DNA of 62,095 nucleotides, filler included, from Sphacelaria rigidula (taxonomy: Eukaryota), in NCBI GenBank assembly GCA_964200075.2. It is 4 parts of 4 records of this genome, joined end to end, with 100 filler letters (N's around TTAATTAATTAA, not from the genome) between each part and the next. Parts side by side here need not be neighbours in the genome. Positions count along the whole stretch, not along the records: positions 1 to 15,454 come from CAXNAA020001740.1; positions 15,555 to 31,005 come from CAXNAA020001741.1; 2 more parts are not named here. One strand, 5' to 3'. This document shows positions 13,900 to 27,291 of the stretch, one piece after another (the stretch's first letter is position 1; each line of letters opens with the position of its first letter). A model generated the notes under the pieces. The model did not search any database and was not told the DNA's origin. It saw nothing but the letters and a program-made list of their open reading frames with translations. The position numbers and the translations under genes are program-made.

Positions 13900-15180
13900 T
13901 CATCCCGACGGCTTTCCAAATATTCGTCAGCCCCGTGGCCATCTCCTTCCTCGCCTTCTCTCTGCTCGGCGCTGAACTCATCATGATCGCTATCGCCACC
14001 ATCCTCCCGTACGGACCCCTCGGAGAGTTTTGCTGGTGCGTTCGGAAGGGTTGCTTAGCCGCGCTGAAACGACGGCCAAGGCTTGGGCGTCCGACATTAT
14101 CGGCACTTCATCCGGCATGCCGGAGTAGCTGCTGTTGAGGAAAAAGCATCGTCTTGTCTACGCGGCATTCAATCCAAGCGGTTGCGGAATCCGGTGATGA
14201 GCCGAACTGCGATGCTGAAGTCGCGCTTCAAGACGGCAAAAGATACCGGGATGGAGAGTAGCACTCGGGCTGCGAGCGCCATAAGCGGGTACGTCCGTGA
14301 GCCCTCCGAGGACCGATACTGGAGCGTGAACGAGACGGGTTTGGAGATGAGGCTCTCCTCCTTGCCAGCAAGCACGAAGCGGTCGAACACTCCCGTGCGA
14401 AGCTGCCGCTGTGTCTTCTTTGCCAATCTCACCAGTCTGTCCAACGGGGTGTCCCCGAACATGCCGCTTTGGAACAGCCGTGCCGCCTCCTGCGATGTTG
14501 CGTTCGAACTACTGGAGGCCAGGAAGCCGTAGCCCCCGCCGAGACGCTTCTTCTCCTTGGGAGGATCGTCGTCCGCATTGGCTCCACCGTTCCCGGGCCT
14601 AGCCACTGTACTGGGCTCACGGCTTTATGCACACACCTCAGCCATCTCCGTCATTGGGTCAGTGATATTCTTCATGAGAATTACCCTCACGCGGTTAACC
14701 ATCGACTTGGTGCCGCAGAAGGAGGGAATCTAGAACGTGGCGAGGGATGGGTTCATCACCGCTGCCATCTCGACGAGGAAATAATTGGGCTTGTTGTCCG
14801 CGGCGTCCAAGTCGTGGCGGTTAAAGAAGAGGACGTCGATCGCCGCAGCCCTCTTGGTCCTGATCATCACCTCCTGAAGGGCCGCCTTCTCCCGCCTGAC
14901 GGGTTGCGCCGGTGCGGTGTGAACGTTTAGGGCAACAGCCACCTCTTGTTCGGGAAACTGCGAAGGGAGCTGCCTTCCCCCAACAGAGACGTTGATGGCC
15001 ACCAGGTCGAGGAGCGCCGCCACCCCCGTCGGCACGTCAGCCTTCGCGAGTGTTTCAACAAACACCGGAATAGGCTTGATGAGGAAAAACAGGTCCTCGA
15101 TGTTGGTCATGGAGGCGGAGAGGGGAAATGTCACCGTCTAATTCCCCGTATAGTGGAGCTCAAGCGCGGACCAGTTTGAG
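13900..15180 (-). mobile_element. Degenerate hAT-superfamily transposase remnant, antisense within the dehydrogenase intron
   Basis: ORF 14169-14606 contains YPLMALAARVLLSIPVSFAVLKRDFSIAVRLITGFRNRL, resembling the hAT C-terminal dimerisation motif with the usual ERxFS changed to KRDFS. Further broken coding segments lie at 14730-15134 and below 14169. Confidence 0.8.
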
Positions 15181-15454
15181 AGACTGTCTAGAGCACGCCG
15201 CACGCGGATATCCACTGCTGAGGCACGGAATTGACTGGTTTGTTGTTGTTGCCGGATGGCATCGTCTGGACGTCTTCGAACTTGACTTTTTTGTTATCAG
15301 AGCGAGGAGGGGGGGGGAGGGGCGTACTCATTTGTTGCTTGCCTTAGTTATTTGACCATTGACCACGCGAGGAGAGGGGGGGGGGGGGGGACTTTTTCTC
15401 CCGTCATGCTCCGCATTTTTGGTCGGAATAATCGATTGATTTCTTTCCTCCCTT

Positions 15455-15554
15455 NNNNNNNNNNNNNNNNNNNNNNNNNNNNNNNNNNNNNNNNNNNNTT
15501 AATTAATTAANNNNNNNNNNNNNNNNNNNNNNNNNNNNNNNNNNNNNNNNNNNN
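15455..15554. other. Artificial contig linker
   Basis: N44-TTAATTAATTAA-N44, giving stops in all six frames. Confidence 0.97.
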
Positions 15555-16545
15555 AGAACGTGCAAGGGAGTATGCAGCGGCAGCTGCTGCTGCAGTCGGA
15601 GAGGCGTACTGCACTGTACTATTCTGCGTTTTTTTTTTTTGTCCCCAGAGGACAGGAATACTATTCTGCGTATACTGTATGCATGCGCGCCGCAACGCTG
15701 ATACCCTTCGAAGATAATTTTCCGCATGCAACGTAAAGGAAAATGGCGGCCCACCCCGACCACAAAGGGCTGTGTGGCAAGGTGATGGGGACATATCACC
15801 CAAAGCCACAATTGGCTGGCTGCCCCACGGTCGCCGCATCCTGTTGGAGGCTCTCTACCACTCCCCCTACTGCTTGCTACATCAGATGTACACTGCCCAA
15901 TGCGCACCCTGCACCTCAAAATATATTGGATGAAACTTTCGATCTTCGTCATAACCCTGCGGTTACATACGCGGATATTCAGCAACACGCCACTATTTCG
16001 TGCAGACGCCAGACACGTCATTCCTAACCAGCCTCACTGGTCCCTCTGGAGACCCGGTCCCAAAAGGGTGGGACCGGGCCTTCAGAACGACCAATGAGGC
16101 TGGTTAGGAATGACGTGTCTGGCGTTTGCACGAAACAGTGGCTTCATGTGAAAATCCACGTATGTAACCGCAGGGTTAGGAGGAAGACCAAAAGTTTCAT
16201 CCAATCTAATTTCAGGTATAGATACAAACTAGGATTCGGGTGGGGTGCGCATTAGGTGATGTACATCTGATGAACGAGCAGTATGGGTCGCCGAAGAGAA
16301 CTTTCATCATGGCGGGCTGCCCGCCACTTGTGGCTTTGGATTATATTATTGTCCCCATCGTCTTGCCACACAGCCCTTTGTGGTCGGGGTGGCCGGCCGC
16401 CGTTTCCCTTTACGTTGCATGCGGCAAATTCCCTTCGAAGGGTATAGGCGTTACGGCGCACATACATACAGCATAGTACAGTACAGTGCAGTATGCCTCT
16501 CCGACTGCAGCAGCAGCTATCGCTGCATACTCCCCTGCACGTTCT
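15555..16545. repeat. ~1-kb imperfect palindrome (foldback element)
   Basis: AGAACGTGCAAGGGAGTATGCAGCG at 15555 mirrors CGCTGCATACTCCCCTGCACGTTCT ending at 16545. Centre is CCCGGTCCCA-aaaggg-TGGGACCGGG (16053-16078). Confidence 0.9.
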
Positions 16546-18918
16546 GGGTAGTTCTCAGCGACGGAGATCAGCTGCCTATACACAGCTTATTCATCCCCGC
16601 CCACTACATACATGTTCACAGTGTTCTGCAAGTAATCGGCAGAGGGATAAGCAGAATTCATGACGGTAGCTCCTTTGGTCTTTCCACGGCCCACCTGGGT
16701 TTAGTGCCTCGTGAAAATGACCACATTGTGGCATGTGCACTCCTTCCCGGCTTTTCCCACTCCACCCTATGTTAGTGTAATTACTACGTTTTAGTATAGG
16801 ATGGCGACCCCCAAAAACTCCCGGGAAATCCCGGAAACGCTATACTGAATGCAAGTAATACGAGAAGCCATGCTCCAAGCATCCTGGATTTGCACACCTG
16901 GGAAATCTTATCTGAGCCAGGGATAGGGCCCCCACACGATCTTTGCAGTGATATCACACTCGGTAACAGTTCCTGCGCTGGTCGTTCGGGTTTGGTCGAT
17001 GAATTTCGCCTCGCCGTGATTGGGCAGGTCGCTCCCTGACTTATTTTTTATTATTTCACCAACGCATGATCAACCCCATGTTAGTGGGGGGTCGGTCCCA
17101 AAAGGTTAAGGATCTCAACCGGGAGTCAACATGCCCTGAAAAAATGCAAGCGAACAAAACGCAAGGGAGGGGAAGCATATGGGGAATGTCACCTACCACC
17201 AACAAACGCCGAGAAGAAACGGCTCTCTTGTCCACATAAAACTACTACCGGACGAGTCTCGTGGCATACATGTGTGATGCTTGGGTGACCGTGTTCCCGC
17301 GAGCTTTGACCCGTTGCCACGCCTAATTTGGCAGCTCACTCGTACTTTCCCTAACTTTCGTTGTCGCACATGCTGTTGCTCCCGTCTCCAAAGTTCATAC
17401 AATTCATGAATAACTACGACCGACTGTAGGCTACGTCATGTGGATGAGGAATGTCTTTCTTTCGCAGCACCTAACCCTAAAAAGGTTCCAACATATATCT
17501 CCTTCGGTGCATTCGAAACAGCTCTGCGTATGTGCGGAAACCGCTGTCATCGGCTTTTCTCATCTCTCAACAAATAATGCCAGGGTTTTTCGACCTCTAG
17601 GGGAAATTGGCAAAAAGCAGGGAGTTTTCCAACAATGAAATTTCCCATTTTTACATGTGTACAACGTTTCCAGAAACGGAATTTCTTTTCCGAAACACGA
17701 ACAGCGGCATTTTGCTTCTCATGAATAGTTTTCTTTCTTTTGTTATTTTCAGAGACGTTTGAAAAAACCCTGGCATCACTTTTGTGAAAGATGAAGGATG
17801 AGGGAAGTCGAGGAAAGGTCGTCCTCTCACCTGCACAGAGTCGTTCCGAATGTACCAAAGGAGATACGTTTCAGAATATTTTTAGGTTCAGGTACTGCGA
17901 AAGAAAGAAACACCTGGTCCACATGACAGCCCCCATGTGGGTCACGCCAACGGCAGCTAGGCCACCACCAGAGGTGTCTTGTTTCACTCAGCATGCCAAG
18001 AAGGCCTCTATGCGTGAGGCTTCTATAGTATATCGCCGTACACGCAATCTGTCCTGCTGTCCGGGCAGCACGCCGCTAGCTGTACGTGATGATACGTGGG
18101 ATGAAACACGCAGGCTCACACCTGCTTATTTTTTTACAGAAACAGAATATTCGAAGTCGCTTGCGTTTGTCAAACTGTGTGGGCAACAATGTCAATTTTC
18201 CGAAGAAGGGTTGGATCCCTTTCCACTCTTGAACCCCCAGTCTAGGAGACTGTATATTTGCGCTCGATGTGTCGTTTTCCATGACGTAAGTGACGGAGTG
18301 TTCACTCGATATGGTGTCGTCTTCTTAGCCTCGATCCTCCACCCCACCGAGGTACACACACCGGTCATCATTTTCGGAGGCACTTGAAACGCGCCCGTGA
18401 AGGTAGTTCAGGCGATCAAGTAAGATGAATAGAAGGGACTTGGGGCACATTGAGGCTTGCCCAGTGTTGATAAAATAGGTGAACAAGTCACCTCCGATGT
18501 CTTGGAACGCGCCGGAGGCATGTTCTCGAGTTCTGGCATAATAATGCTCCATTGTCCCCTTGGGTTCCAGTTGACACGGAATGGCCCTGAGATCCTTGCT
18601 AGATGTACGACTGGAAGTATACAGGGATTTACCGCTCAGGGAACCCTGTCGGTAACACGGCCATCTCTTGTGGGGATCAGATTTTCGCGTAGGAGTTTCT
18701 TGGTTTGGGGATTTTTCAGGTGGCGAAATATCAATTTGAAACATCGCGTGGACTTGACTTATCAAGCTGTGTCTTATCGAGGCAAAAAATAAGCGAAAAA
18801 ATTTAGCGCGCAAGGCAGCTTGGCTGTCGCAACGATCGCTTTGGGTCCTAAGGCCACTTCTCATGGCAAACAAGAAAAAAATGCAAACCTGCCTTCGTGG
18901 CCATCCTGCATAGGTTTA

Positions 18919-19193
18919 CGCCCTAAATGAGGGCTAAGTTGATTTCGACACCTTGGAATGTCTTACTCTACTCGTTGAAACGCTTGTAGGACACCTTTGC
19001 GTTTTCCGATGACCGCAGTTTTTATAGACTTGACCGTTCTCGACCTTTCTCGACCGTTCTTGGATGAAAAATGCAAGTTTGGCCAAAAATAAAATTGCTG
19101 TCACAGGCAAACGCAAAGGTGTCCTGAAACCGTCTCAACGTATAGATCAAGTAATCCAAGGTGGCAAAATCCGGTTAGCCCTCTTTCAGGGCG
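18919..19193. mobile_element. ~275-bp MITE-like element
   Basis: TTTA-CGCCCTAAATGAGGGCTAA ... TTAGCCCTCTTTCAGGGCG-TAAA imperfect inverted ends. Confidence 0.55.
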
Positions 19194-20169
19194 TAAAACG
19201 ACGCAGACGGACGAAAAAGGCCGTAACACAGTCTTTTTTCTTGGTTGCCATGAGAAGCAGCCTAACGAGGAAACACGAAACAGACTTCCTTGGATGAGCG
19301 GCGATTCTCTCGGCGCTGGACGCAGTCGGAAACAGGTCTGGAAATCTCAACGGGCGTGATTGAAACACGTTTTACCTACGCAACTGGACCCGAGCAAACA
19401 TCAACACCCATCGCACAAGCGCATCGCGGCCAGCGCTAGCTTTTGCTCATCTTTACGGGGTTTTGTTTGTTTCACGGCAATCCGGTAGGCACTAAAAGAG
19501 GGGCGGCCGCGTGTGTGCAGCAAAAGTTGCTCACGATGGAGTCGTTGACCGTTCGCGGGTGTGTTTCAGTATTCGGCGCCCGTCTGACATGAATCACCGT
19601 GTCTCAGTTGTTTTGTCGCCGATTTTCCCCGAGCGAAAGACGTCGTACTCCGTTAATCAACAGCTACTATACAGCTGGAGCTATCCATGGTCTGTCCTGG
19701 AGTCGTGAGATTAGCAGTTGATGTGAGTTTGCGCCTCAGGCCCGAGCTGTATGGCGGGTGTACAGCATATCAAGGGTAACTCCGCTGCTGCTTCATGTCG
19801 CCCTTCATGGCGAACAGCCCCAAAGAGTCTTGGCGAGCACCCCGAAAAATTCCATTTTTTTTCTGAAGAGAAAGCCTCGCCGCCTCAAAACCATTTTGCC
19901 GAGGGGGGGCGGGCGGGGGGGGTGCTCATTTGTTGCTTGCCCTAGTAGTCTTTCGACCATTGACCACGCATCTCTCGCGAGACGGAGCACCGTTCCTACC
20001 CCTAATGGAAACACCTTCAATATTTGGGCGCTCATACCGTTTGCTCCACACATTACACGACGACTTTTACATATCTTATCCCCTTCGAGATTCGCCGCCT
20101 GTGTCCACCATTCATCTCTTAGTGTAGCCATCGTTTTTTCGGTACTCTAATGTATGAAACGAGTTCATG

Positions 20170-22608
20170 GCACCTTCGTTTAGTTCCCACATCCCCCCCC
20201 CTCTCTCACACACGCATCCTTGTATAGTTCACATTCTGGCACTATGTTGACTCTCCATTGTTTTGTCACAAGGGCAATTCTGTGCATCTACCTCGTCCTC
20301 CACCCGACTGCTGGTATACCTCTCCCTTCTTTCTGACAAGCACGGGTTCCCCACTCGAAATCGCACTTTCAACTTTTTCGCGGAGTCCATGGTGCCATTT
20401 ACATATGTTTTCATCCCTATCGCTTCTCTCAACCCCCATTTATCTTCAGGTGTTCTTCCTCATCCATTTTCCGTCTCAGCGCTGCCCCCCCCTCCATGTT
20501 TACCATGTCTCTTACTTTTGTTTTTTACTCACCACATTCACCTTTTGACATTAGCTCGTCTTGGTTCTCTCCCATGCCCTTCCATATTATCTCGACTACA
20601 CTATGCCATCTTGTTCCAGCCTGCCCTTTCGTCACTTTCTTCCTTAATACTTCCTCTGTCTCATAAGTTAGGATCTACTTTGTCTCAGACGCCCTTAATC
20701 TTGTCCGATTCCTTTTTCGATTTTTTTGTTGAAATCTTCGGCGTTTTTTAGTCAAATCCAATTTTTTTGTTTGCACATCACTCAAGGTGGCCGAACGGCT
20801 ACAGAAAAATCAGTCGGCCTAAAAGTGGCCGATTTTCGCCCGTTTTCCGGGGGGCAAGAAAGTGTCGGAAAAAAAAGGAAAACACTCCGCAGCGCCGCGG
20901 CTTTCGTGGGAGTAAAATGCGGAGGGCGTCCACTCCTTGGGGTGATCGAAAGATCAAGCTCCCCAGATGCCTCTATCTACTCTCTGCACTCTTTTAACAG
21001 CCGTCTAGGAAACTGTTCGCCTACGCCGTTCTTTTCGGCGAGAGGGCCAAAAAAGCCCGCGGGCGCCCTCGAAGTGCCTGGCGGAATGCCCGCGGCGACC
21101 TCGAACGCCATGACATAACGTAGGCCCAACGATAGTTCTCTACCGCGTTTACGAGGCGGCGGGGTACTCACGGGCGAGTCCACGGTGTAGAGTGCAGGTG
21201 GATGGGTGTAAATGGTGTTTCTATGGACTATTCTCAGAGAATTCTCGAAAGAATTCTCGAAAAAATCTCAAAATGATTCCCAAAATCGGCGATTTTTGGG
21301 GGCTTTTCGACCCAAAGTATAAAACACAAAAAAACGTTTTTTTTTTTTTGCACCAGCTAGCTGTAGAAAATATCTTTCTTATGATACAAACTATAGCATC
21401 GTGAGCAACTCCGTAATAGAGATACGATCTGTGCCCCAACTCGGTCCTAACTTATGAGACAGAGGAAGTACGGCCCTATCAATCATGGCTGGCAATCTAA
21501 TCTTTTGCATGTTCCTCACGTTATGTTTCCATTTCAATTTTCACACGTCTGTTTGCTCCAAGTGGGTACATTCCCAATTCTGCTCAGTGCTGTATTACTC
21601 GTCGTTTTTGAATACCCAAGTATTTTCTTAGCTGCTGTCATCTGTACTGTTTCTAGCTTCTTCACCAACTTCGCGCTCCCCTCTCATACTTCTGCATATT
21701 CTGGCTTGGTGCGATCACGTTCATCAGAATACATATTTCAATCCTACTGTCTAGATGCGAGTCTCTGAGGATCACGTCCATCTTGCCTTTCTGTGCCTTA
21801 CCTTTTTCTATTTCTTTTTGCATGTGTGCACCCTAAGAACAGTTTTTGACGTACCTACGCCAAGGTAAGCACTGGTCTACGATCGACAATTCCTCTTTTC
21901 GGCACTTTCATTCGACCTCTACCGAGTTTTCCTTATCTTCGTTACGTACAAGTACCGCGCATTTGTTCACCTTCGCTGTCACTCTCCATTTCCTAGTGTA
22001 CTCTAGCGCCTTCTCTATTACCTTCTGTATTCCTTCTGGTGTTTCTGAGATCCACACGTAATGATCCTCGAACATCAATCCCGATACCGTATGTCCCCCC
22101 GCCTTGATTCCTTGCTTTCCAGCTTCTATAACTACTATCAGGTCAGTAAAAATACTTTGAATAAAGTGCGTTATGATACGGTACACCCGTGTGCAACTCC
22201 TTGCAATATGTGAAAATATTTCGATGTTTCCCCATCTATCATCACAGCACCTCTCGAACATTCTGTCATCTTCACCATTCTTCACAATTTTCCTTTGATC
22301 GCAGTTCCCCAAAAAGTTTTCCACGGCCCATTTCTCCATACTGTCACAAGCGTTTGCTACGTTTAGAAAGGAACAGCACGGTGTTAGCCCGGCATCTTTC
22401 CTACCTTGAATAATCCTACCTACTGTGTACACATGATCTACACAGCTACCGTTTGGTCTAAAACCTGCTTGCCCCTCGCCGATTCTTTCTCCCTTCCCTA
22501 GCATGGTTCGCACTCTATCGTTCAGAATCTCACAGTATGTTTTTCCTACAGTGCTCAGGAGCGTTAATAATTTCCTGCATCAGCCTTGTTTCCTTTCTTG
22601 AAACGGTG
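20170..22608 (-). mobile_element. Degenerate non-LTR retrotransposon (LINE), RT and C-terminal region, split by a MITE
   Basis: ORF 21908-22513 has GEGQAGFRPNGSCVDH and GLMFEDH (decayed FADD). C-terminal segment at 20229-20432 ends in NCPC. Many frameshifts. Confidence 0.85.
20650..21468. mobile_element. Stowaway/mariner-like MITE (819 bp) with TA target duplication
   Basis: Perfect 24-bp TIRs CTTCCTCTGTCTCATAAGTTAGGA (20650-20673) and TCCTAACTTATGAGACAGAGGAAG (21445-21468), with TA on both sides. Confidence 0.9.
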
Positions 22609-22640
<32 letters not shown>

Positions 22641-22889
22641 CTTCTCTCCACCTCCTCGGTGTGTACTCGTTTTCGTATATCCAATTTTACAGCGTAACCA
22701 TCATGACAATCAAATGCTCTTTTGCTCGCTTCTCTTTGCTTTTTTTCTTTTATCTCGATAAGACATGACTCACCCTCCCGCCATCATCAGGACGTACGTG
22801 TCACCATTCGTCTTCTGTGCGCACGTTCGCAGCCGCCATACCGTACCAGTCAGATGGCTATGGCTATGGCTATGGCTTTGGCTATGGCT
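22609..22889. repeat. Microsatellites (TAC)n at 22609-22638 and (ATGGCT)n at about 22854-22889
   Basis: Read directly from the sequence. Confidence 0.85.
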
Positions 22890-23154
22890 GAGACAAGCCA
22901 GCCGACAAGCCGAGACAAGAGCACACAGACACACAGACACACGAACAGACGAGGGGAGATGAAGGAGGAGTCGAGCTATGAAATTGCAAGCACAGAAACG
23001 CGCACACGGTAGTCACGATTCTCTTGCATATCATAGAAAGATACGAGTATAATATCGGAATATATACTTGTACTGTCGTATTCGTACGTCAATCAAGGCC
23101 GGAAGATCCAATACGTGCGGATATTAACCTACTTCCTCGTTGCACACGTTGCAG

Positions 23155-26100
23155 GGCAGTGGACCGGGAGGCCAGAAGATCAACAAAGTGAGGAACTGCG
23201 TTCAGCTTACCCACAAGCCAACGGGAATCACGGTCTCCTGTCAAGAAGCTCGTGAGTTGCACGCCAATCGCAGCATTGCAAGGACACGCCTCCGAGAAAA
23301 GGTGTGCTCCGATATCCGTATAGTCAAAGCAGGTCGCCCCGGTGGCTGAGGTGGTAACCTCGAAGCCCTTGACAGTTGGGTCGTGGGTTCGAATCTCGGT
23401 GAAGTCACACGATCTGAGATTTTTTCACACAACATGTGCAACAGTGGAGAGCGACCATGTCGTGGGTACACGAAATTCAACTTCACGGTCGACAAGGGCA
23501 AGGAACCGCTGAACCCCCCTCGCGGAAAAAAATAATACAAGCACCGCAGAAGGGAGGCGGAATACTAAAAACCAAACGAAAACTGCTGTGTTGACGTTCT
23601 TCCTGTGTGACCCCGGCTGATACGCCCACATACAATGCGTCGAAAGGTGTATAATGGCGTCCAGAATAGATGGGATGGCAGGACACACATTGTAGGTACA
23701 CGAGCGGGTGGCTCGGTGCTCATCCGCGGATTTAAGGCCCTGCTCAGAATTTCTTCCGTGGGGGCAGAATTTTGTGGCGAGTTTCTGCGAAATTTCCCCC
23801 AGCAGGAGGGCACAATACCGCAGCGCCATTTATACGTAAAAGGAACAGTAGCTAATCTCCATCTTGTCCGCTTTCGATACATCAAAATGATTTACAGAAA
23901 TACGCATATGGCACCAGTGAGATACTGTAGATACTGTTCCATGCGGTTGGCAGGCAAAATGCAAGTAGTACTTGTCTTGCACTGACTGCCGTCGTTTTTA
24001 CTTTTTCGAAATGTGGAAGGTAGCTCCCGAACCAAGTAGGCTGGTTCTCTGGCATTGTCCTTAAGAAATCAATCAAACGCGGCCTTGACTTACATGTGCA
24101 CCTATTTTCACCAGCTCGACCCAACTCATATTGAGGTGGTGTGAGGATATATATATATATATATATACATGCAAGGTTCCCCTTCGGGAGGTTGATACGG
24201 GCCTCCCGGGGGTGACGCAAGCCGAAAGTATAAAATATACTTCGTACGAGTATGCCTTTTCAGTGCGCTGCAAAAAAAAGCTTGGGGGAAAATGCCTTGC
24301 TGGCAGAGAAAACTCGGCAAAAGTGGCGAACATGTGAAATGATACATGTACATAATACACGTGGGTTGAATCAAGGGAGAAAAAGCGCACGAGTCATCGC
24401 TTTGTCCGCTTCGATCGAATAAGTATATATTGCCCTCCGCGAAAAATAAAGAGACGTGGACAAACAAACACAACTGATGAGGGAGCCTTCAATTACATAG
24501 AGCGATGTTCTCGTGAGATTGAGAGCAGAGGATACGGTTGAGAAGGAAAAGCGGTCAATTAGTTTTTTAATCGTTTCAGTTCCGAAATATCCCTCCGCGA
24601 GGCCCTTACCGAAGCAGCGGGCTAACGAAGGCTAACTCACAGTTATTAACCTGCGAAGAACCGGCACAGAGATGATTATGTAAAGTCAGTGTTGCGCCAA
24701 TAGCAAAAACTTTTTTCGGAACAAAATTTTACCGTTTTGCCCTCTAGTGCGCACTCCTGCAGCGCACAGCACCAGATATAGCGACTTGGAACTGTTGACT
24801 GTGGTTTGCGCAGCCTATGAACGGTGTTTCAGCGCCTCGCAGCGGCGCTGTGCAGCGCGCTTAAGGCCGTGCGCCATGAAGTACGCAGCTCATCAGACTG
24901 TATGCCGATTGGTGCACTGCAAATAGTCATGCTCCAGAAAGGACCGTAGCACAGACCGGTGCCAGTTTGCTACCGCGTCGGCCGTCCAGTCGCTCAACAT
25001 GTCTAAGCTTATGCATCTGCGCATGCATATATATGCATTGGCCTGTAGTGCGACACTGGTAGACCTAAAGAAATGTACATGAACAACGATTGGTTGGTAC
25101 TCGATTTGACTTGCTTTCAGGCTAAGGAAAGTTCTGAGAAAAATCATGATTTGGGGCAGGTCAGCAGTGGTGAGCAGTAGAACCAGGTCGTCCAGAACGT
25201 GTTTTGGTCCAAAATCGGCTCAAAGGCGTCGATTCGAGTTCTTGTAACGTACGCTCCAGCTACGAAACTGCACCCCCCTTGCCCGAGAGTTCTCGGTATG
25301 CCTTGGTCGATGTTAGTGCTAGGGTTAGCGTTGGGGTTGGTGGCATCTCCATAGCACCAACCATTGTTTATGTACATTTCTTCAAGCCCCCAGTACTTGT
25401 GCGGGGATGCATCCTTGTCACAAGGACATTCCTACGCCGGTACTTCACACAGGTGCATCCTTTGAGGGAACTCTCTGTTACGGGTTGCATGACCGCAGGG
25501 ATTCGGTCACCCCCCTGCGCTTGTCGAGCACAGCTGAACGACAGTGAGGACGTTTGCCCACGTGTGTGCCTTGTTCAAGTCGCCAACAGAAGAGCTCATT
25601 GCACGGTCTTGGTTTTGGTGGTGACCAAGGCCAAGGCCAAGGCAATGTTCAATTGTTTTTAACTGCTTTGCTTTCATCTTCTTGTGACATTCGCTACACA
25701 ACCGCTGTCTTCGTACTCCCGAATCAACGAGAAGGCAAAGAAATACCCCGCCATGCACAGGCTTTTGTGGTTCGGGTTCTTTTTTTTTGAAGTTTTCCAT
25801 GATGAGGCTTTTGTGGTTCGGGATCGACACACCGCAAAAAAGAGCCAGTGTGGGCGACTTTCGATGGCCAGAACACGCGCCACAGGTATCAGATGACACC
25901 CAAATCTGAAAGGTAATGTATCGCTGCACCTCCTCCGTGCACTGCAAAAGAAACCGCGTGATAAGATGCCTTGCCGCCTGAGGAAACTCGGCAAAAGTGG
26001 CGAAAAAAGTGAAATGATACATGTACATATATATATATATATAAATATATTTAGCAATGTACACCCGTTGAATTTTACCTCATCACTCACTCGAATGTCT

Positions 26101-27291
26101 AGTTTGGCGAGGGCTGCAGCATCTACAGGCTGCAAGCGGAGTTGAACCCCAAGCCCTGATGAAATGGCTCCATAAGCTCTACGCTATGGTGTTGTTTGCC
26201 GAAAGGGAGAACAGTGAAGGTGCGTGGTGCGTTCAACAACGGGAAACCTCTGTAAATATTGATATAGACATGCCTCAAATCTGACGCATCACTACTGACT
26301 ACACCGAACTTCAAATGCTATCCAAATCTCACCCAGGATACAGTGAAACGCTACTTCAACCGTACCTGATGTTTCAACCATTTATCTAAACAGTAGCAGC
26401 CTCTATCACAACGGCCAGATGTGTTCACGAACGATATATCCATAGTTTACTTGACGTGTATATATTCGCCTAGAAATCCTCTTCTCCTACTCGCTGGTCA
26501 TCTCCATCTTAAAGGTGGAGTATGACGGAAGGTCGATTTGTAATACTGGCGCGCCATCCTATCACACTATCCCATCGGTATTTTCGTTCACACCCGCTGT
26601 CGCAGTACCCTACTGCAAGTATGACCACGCTGGTGATAGTAAATCGCCTTCCTTTCTCTCCCACAAGGAGATCCTGCGCTCCAAAATATCGTGTTGATAT
26701 AATTGCCCCGACACATTACTCCTCTCAGGAGTCCGTTGATGAACCGAAACCCGAGCGATGGGGGAGTATTAGTACCAAATATTGGCCCGCAAGTTCTCCT
26801 CCACGCCTCCCTCCCTTTGCCAAGTCTCCGGTGCCTCTCTGTGCTTAAAGCGAGTGCGGTGTGCAGTCCTCTCAAAAATGACTATGCAGCAGCAGACAAG
26901 CGGCTCTGAGGTACTCACTGTAGAGCATGACCTTTTTCTGTCATTTTCTCTCTCCTGCGCGAAGCAGGTGGAGTTTCACTTGAATGGGGAGCAGAGTAAG
27001 ACCGGACGGCGCATCGCAAAGATTCGCAACCGCAAGGCAAAATCACGCCGCAAATCGAGGCTCAAGCACCAAGGCGACGTGTCTCCCACTGGAGACGCTT
27101 GCGACCGCAAGGCTAGCTCGCCAGGGCAAAGAAGGCCAGAGCCAAGTTCGGGTTCGAGTTGTGATTCGGGTTCAGATCGTGATTCTGACTATGACTCTGA
27201 TTCGTGTGATGACGACGGTCATGATGATAATGATGGTGAATCAGGGGGCAAGGAGGATGGCCGAACACCGACGAAAAATACGAGAGAGTGA
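23155..27291 (+). CDS. MTRFR: Mitochondrial rescue-type class I peptide release factor (C12orf65/MTRFR-like), last two exons
   Basis: Exon 23155-23301 encodes GSGPGGQKINKVRNCVQLTHKPTGITVSCQEARELHANRSIARTRLREK (GGQ motif). Exon 26968-27291 encodes VEFHLNGEQSK, a K/R-rich helix and an acidic tail, ending at TGA. The intron is phase-0 GT-AG. Upstream exon(s) not identified. Confidence 0.85.
23333..23700 (+). mobile_element. tRNA-derived SINE-like element
   Basis: A-box-like TGGCTGAGGTGG and B-box-like GGTTCGAATC; the body is shared with a reverse copy at 31180-31388. Confidence 0.7.
25630..26030 (-). repeat. Copy of the same dispersed repeat family (MTRFR intron)
   Basis: Reverse complement of the 2280-2720 region. 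Confidence 0.8.

Noticed and set aside
15499-15510. TTAATTAATTAA as a biological motif (also near 31050 and 46596)
   Set aside because: It is an assembly linker embedded in fixed N runs.
23333-23410. Genuine tRNA genes (also 40470-40541 and 61830-61897)
   Set aside because: A/B boxes are present, but there is no proper acceptor or anticodon stem pairing and each is attached to a repeated body.
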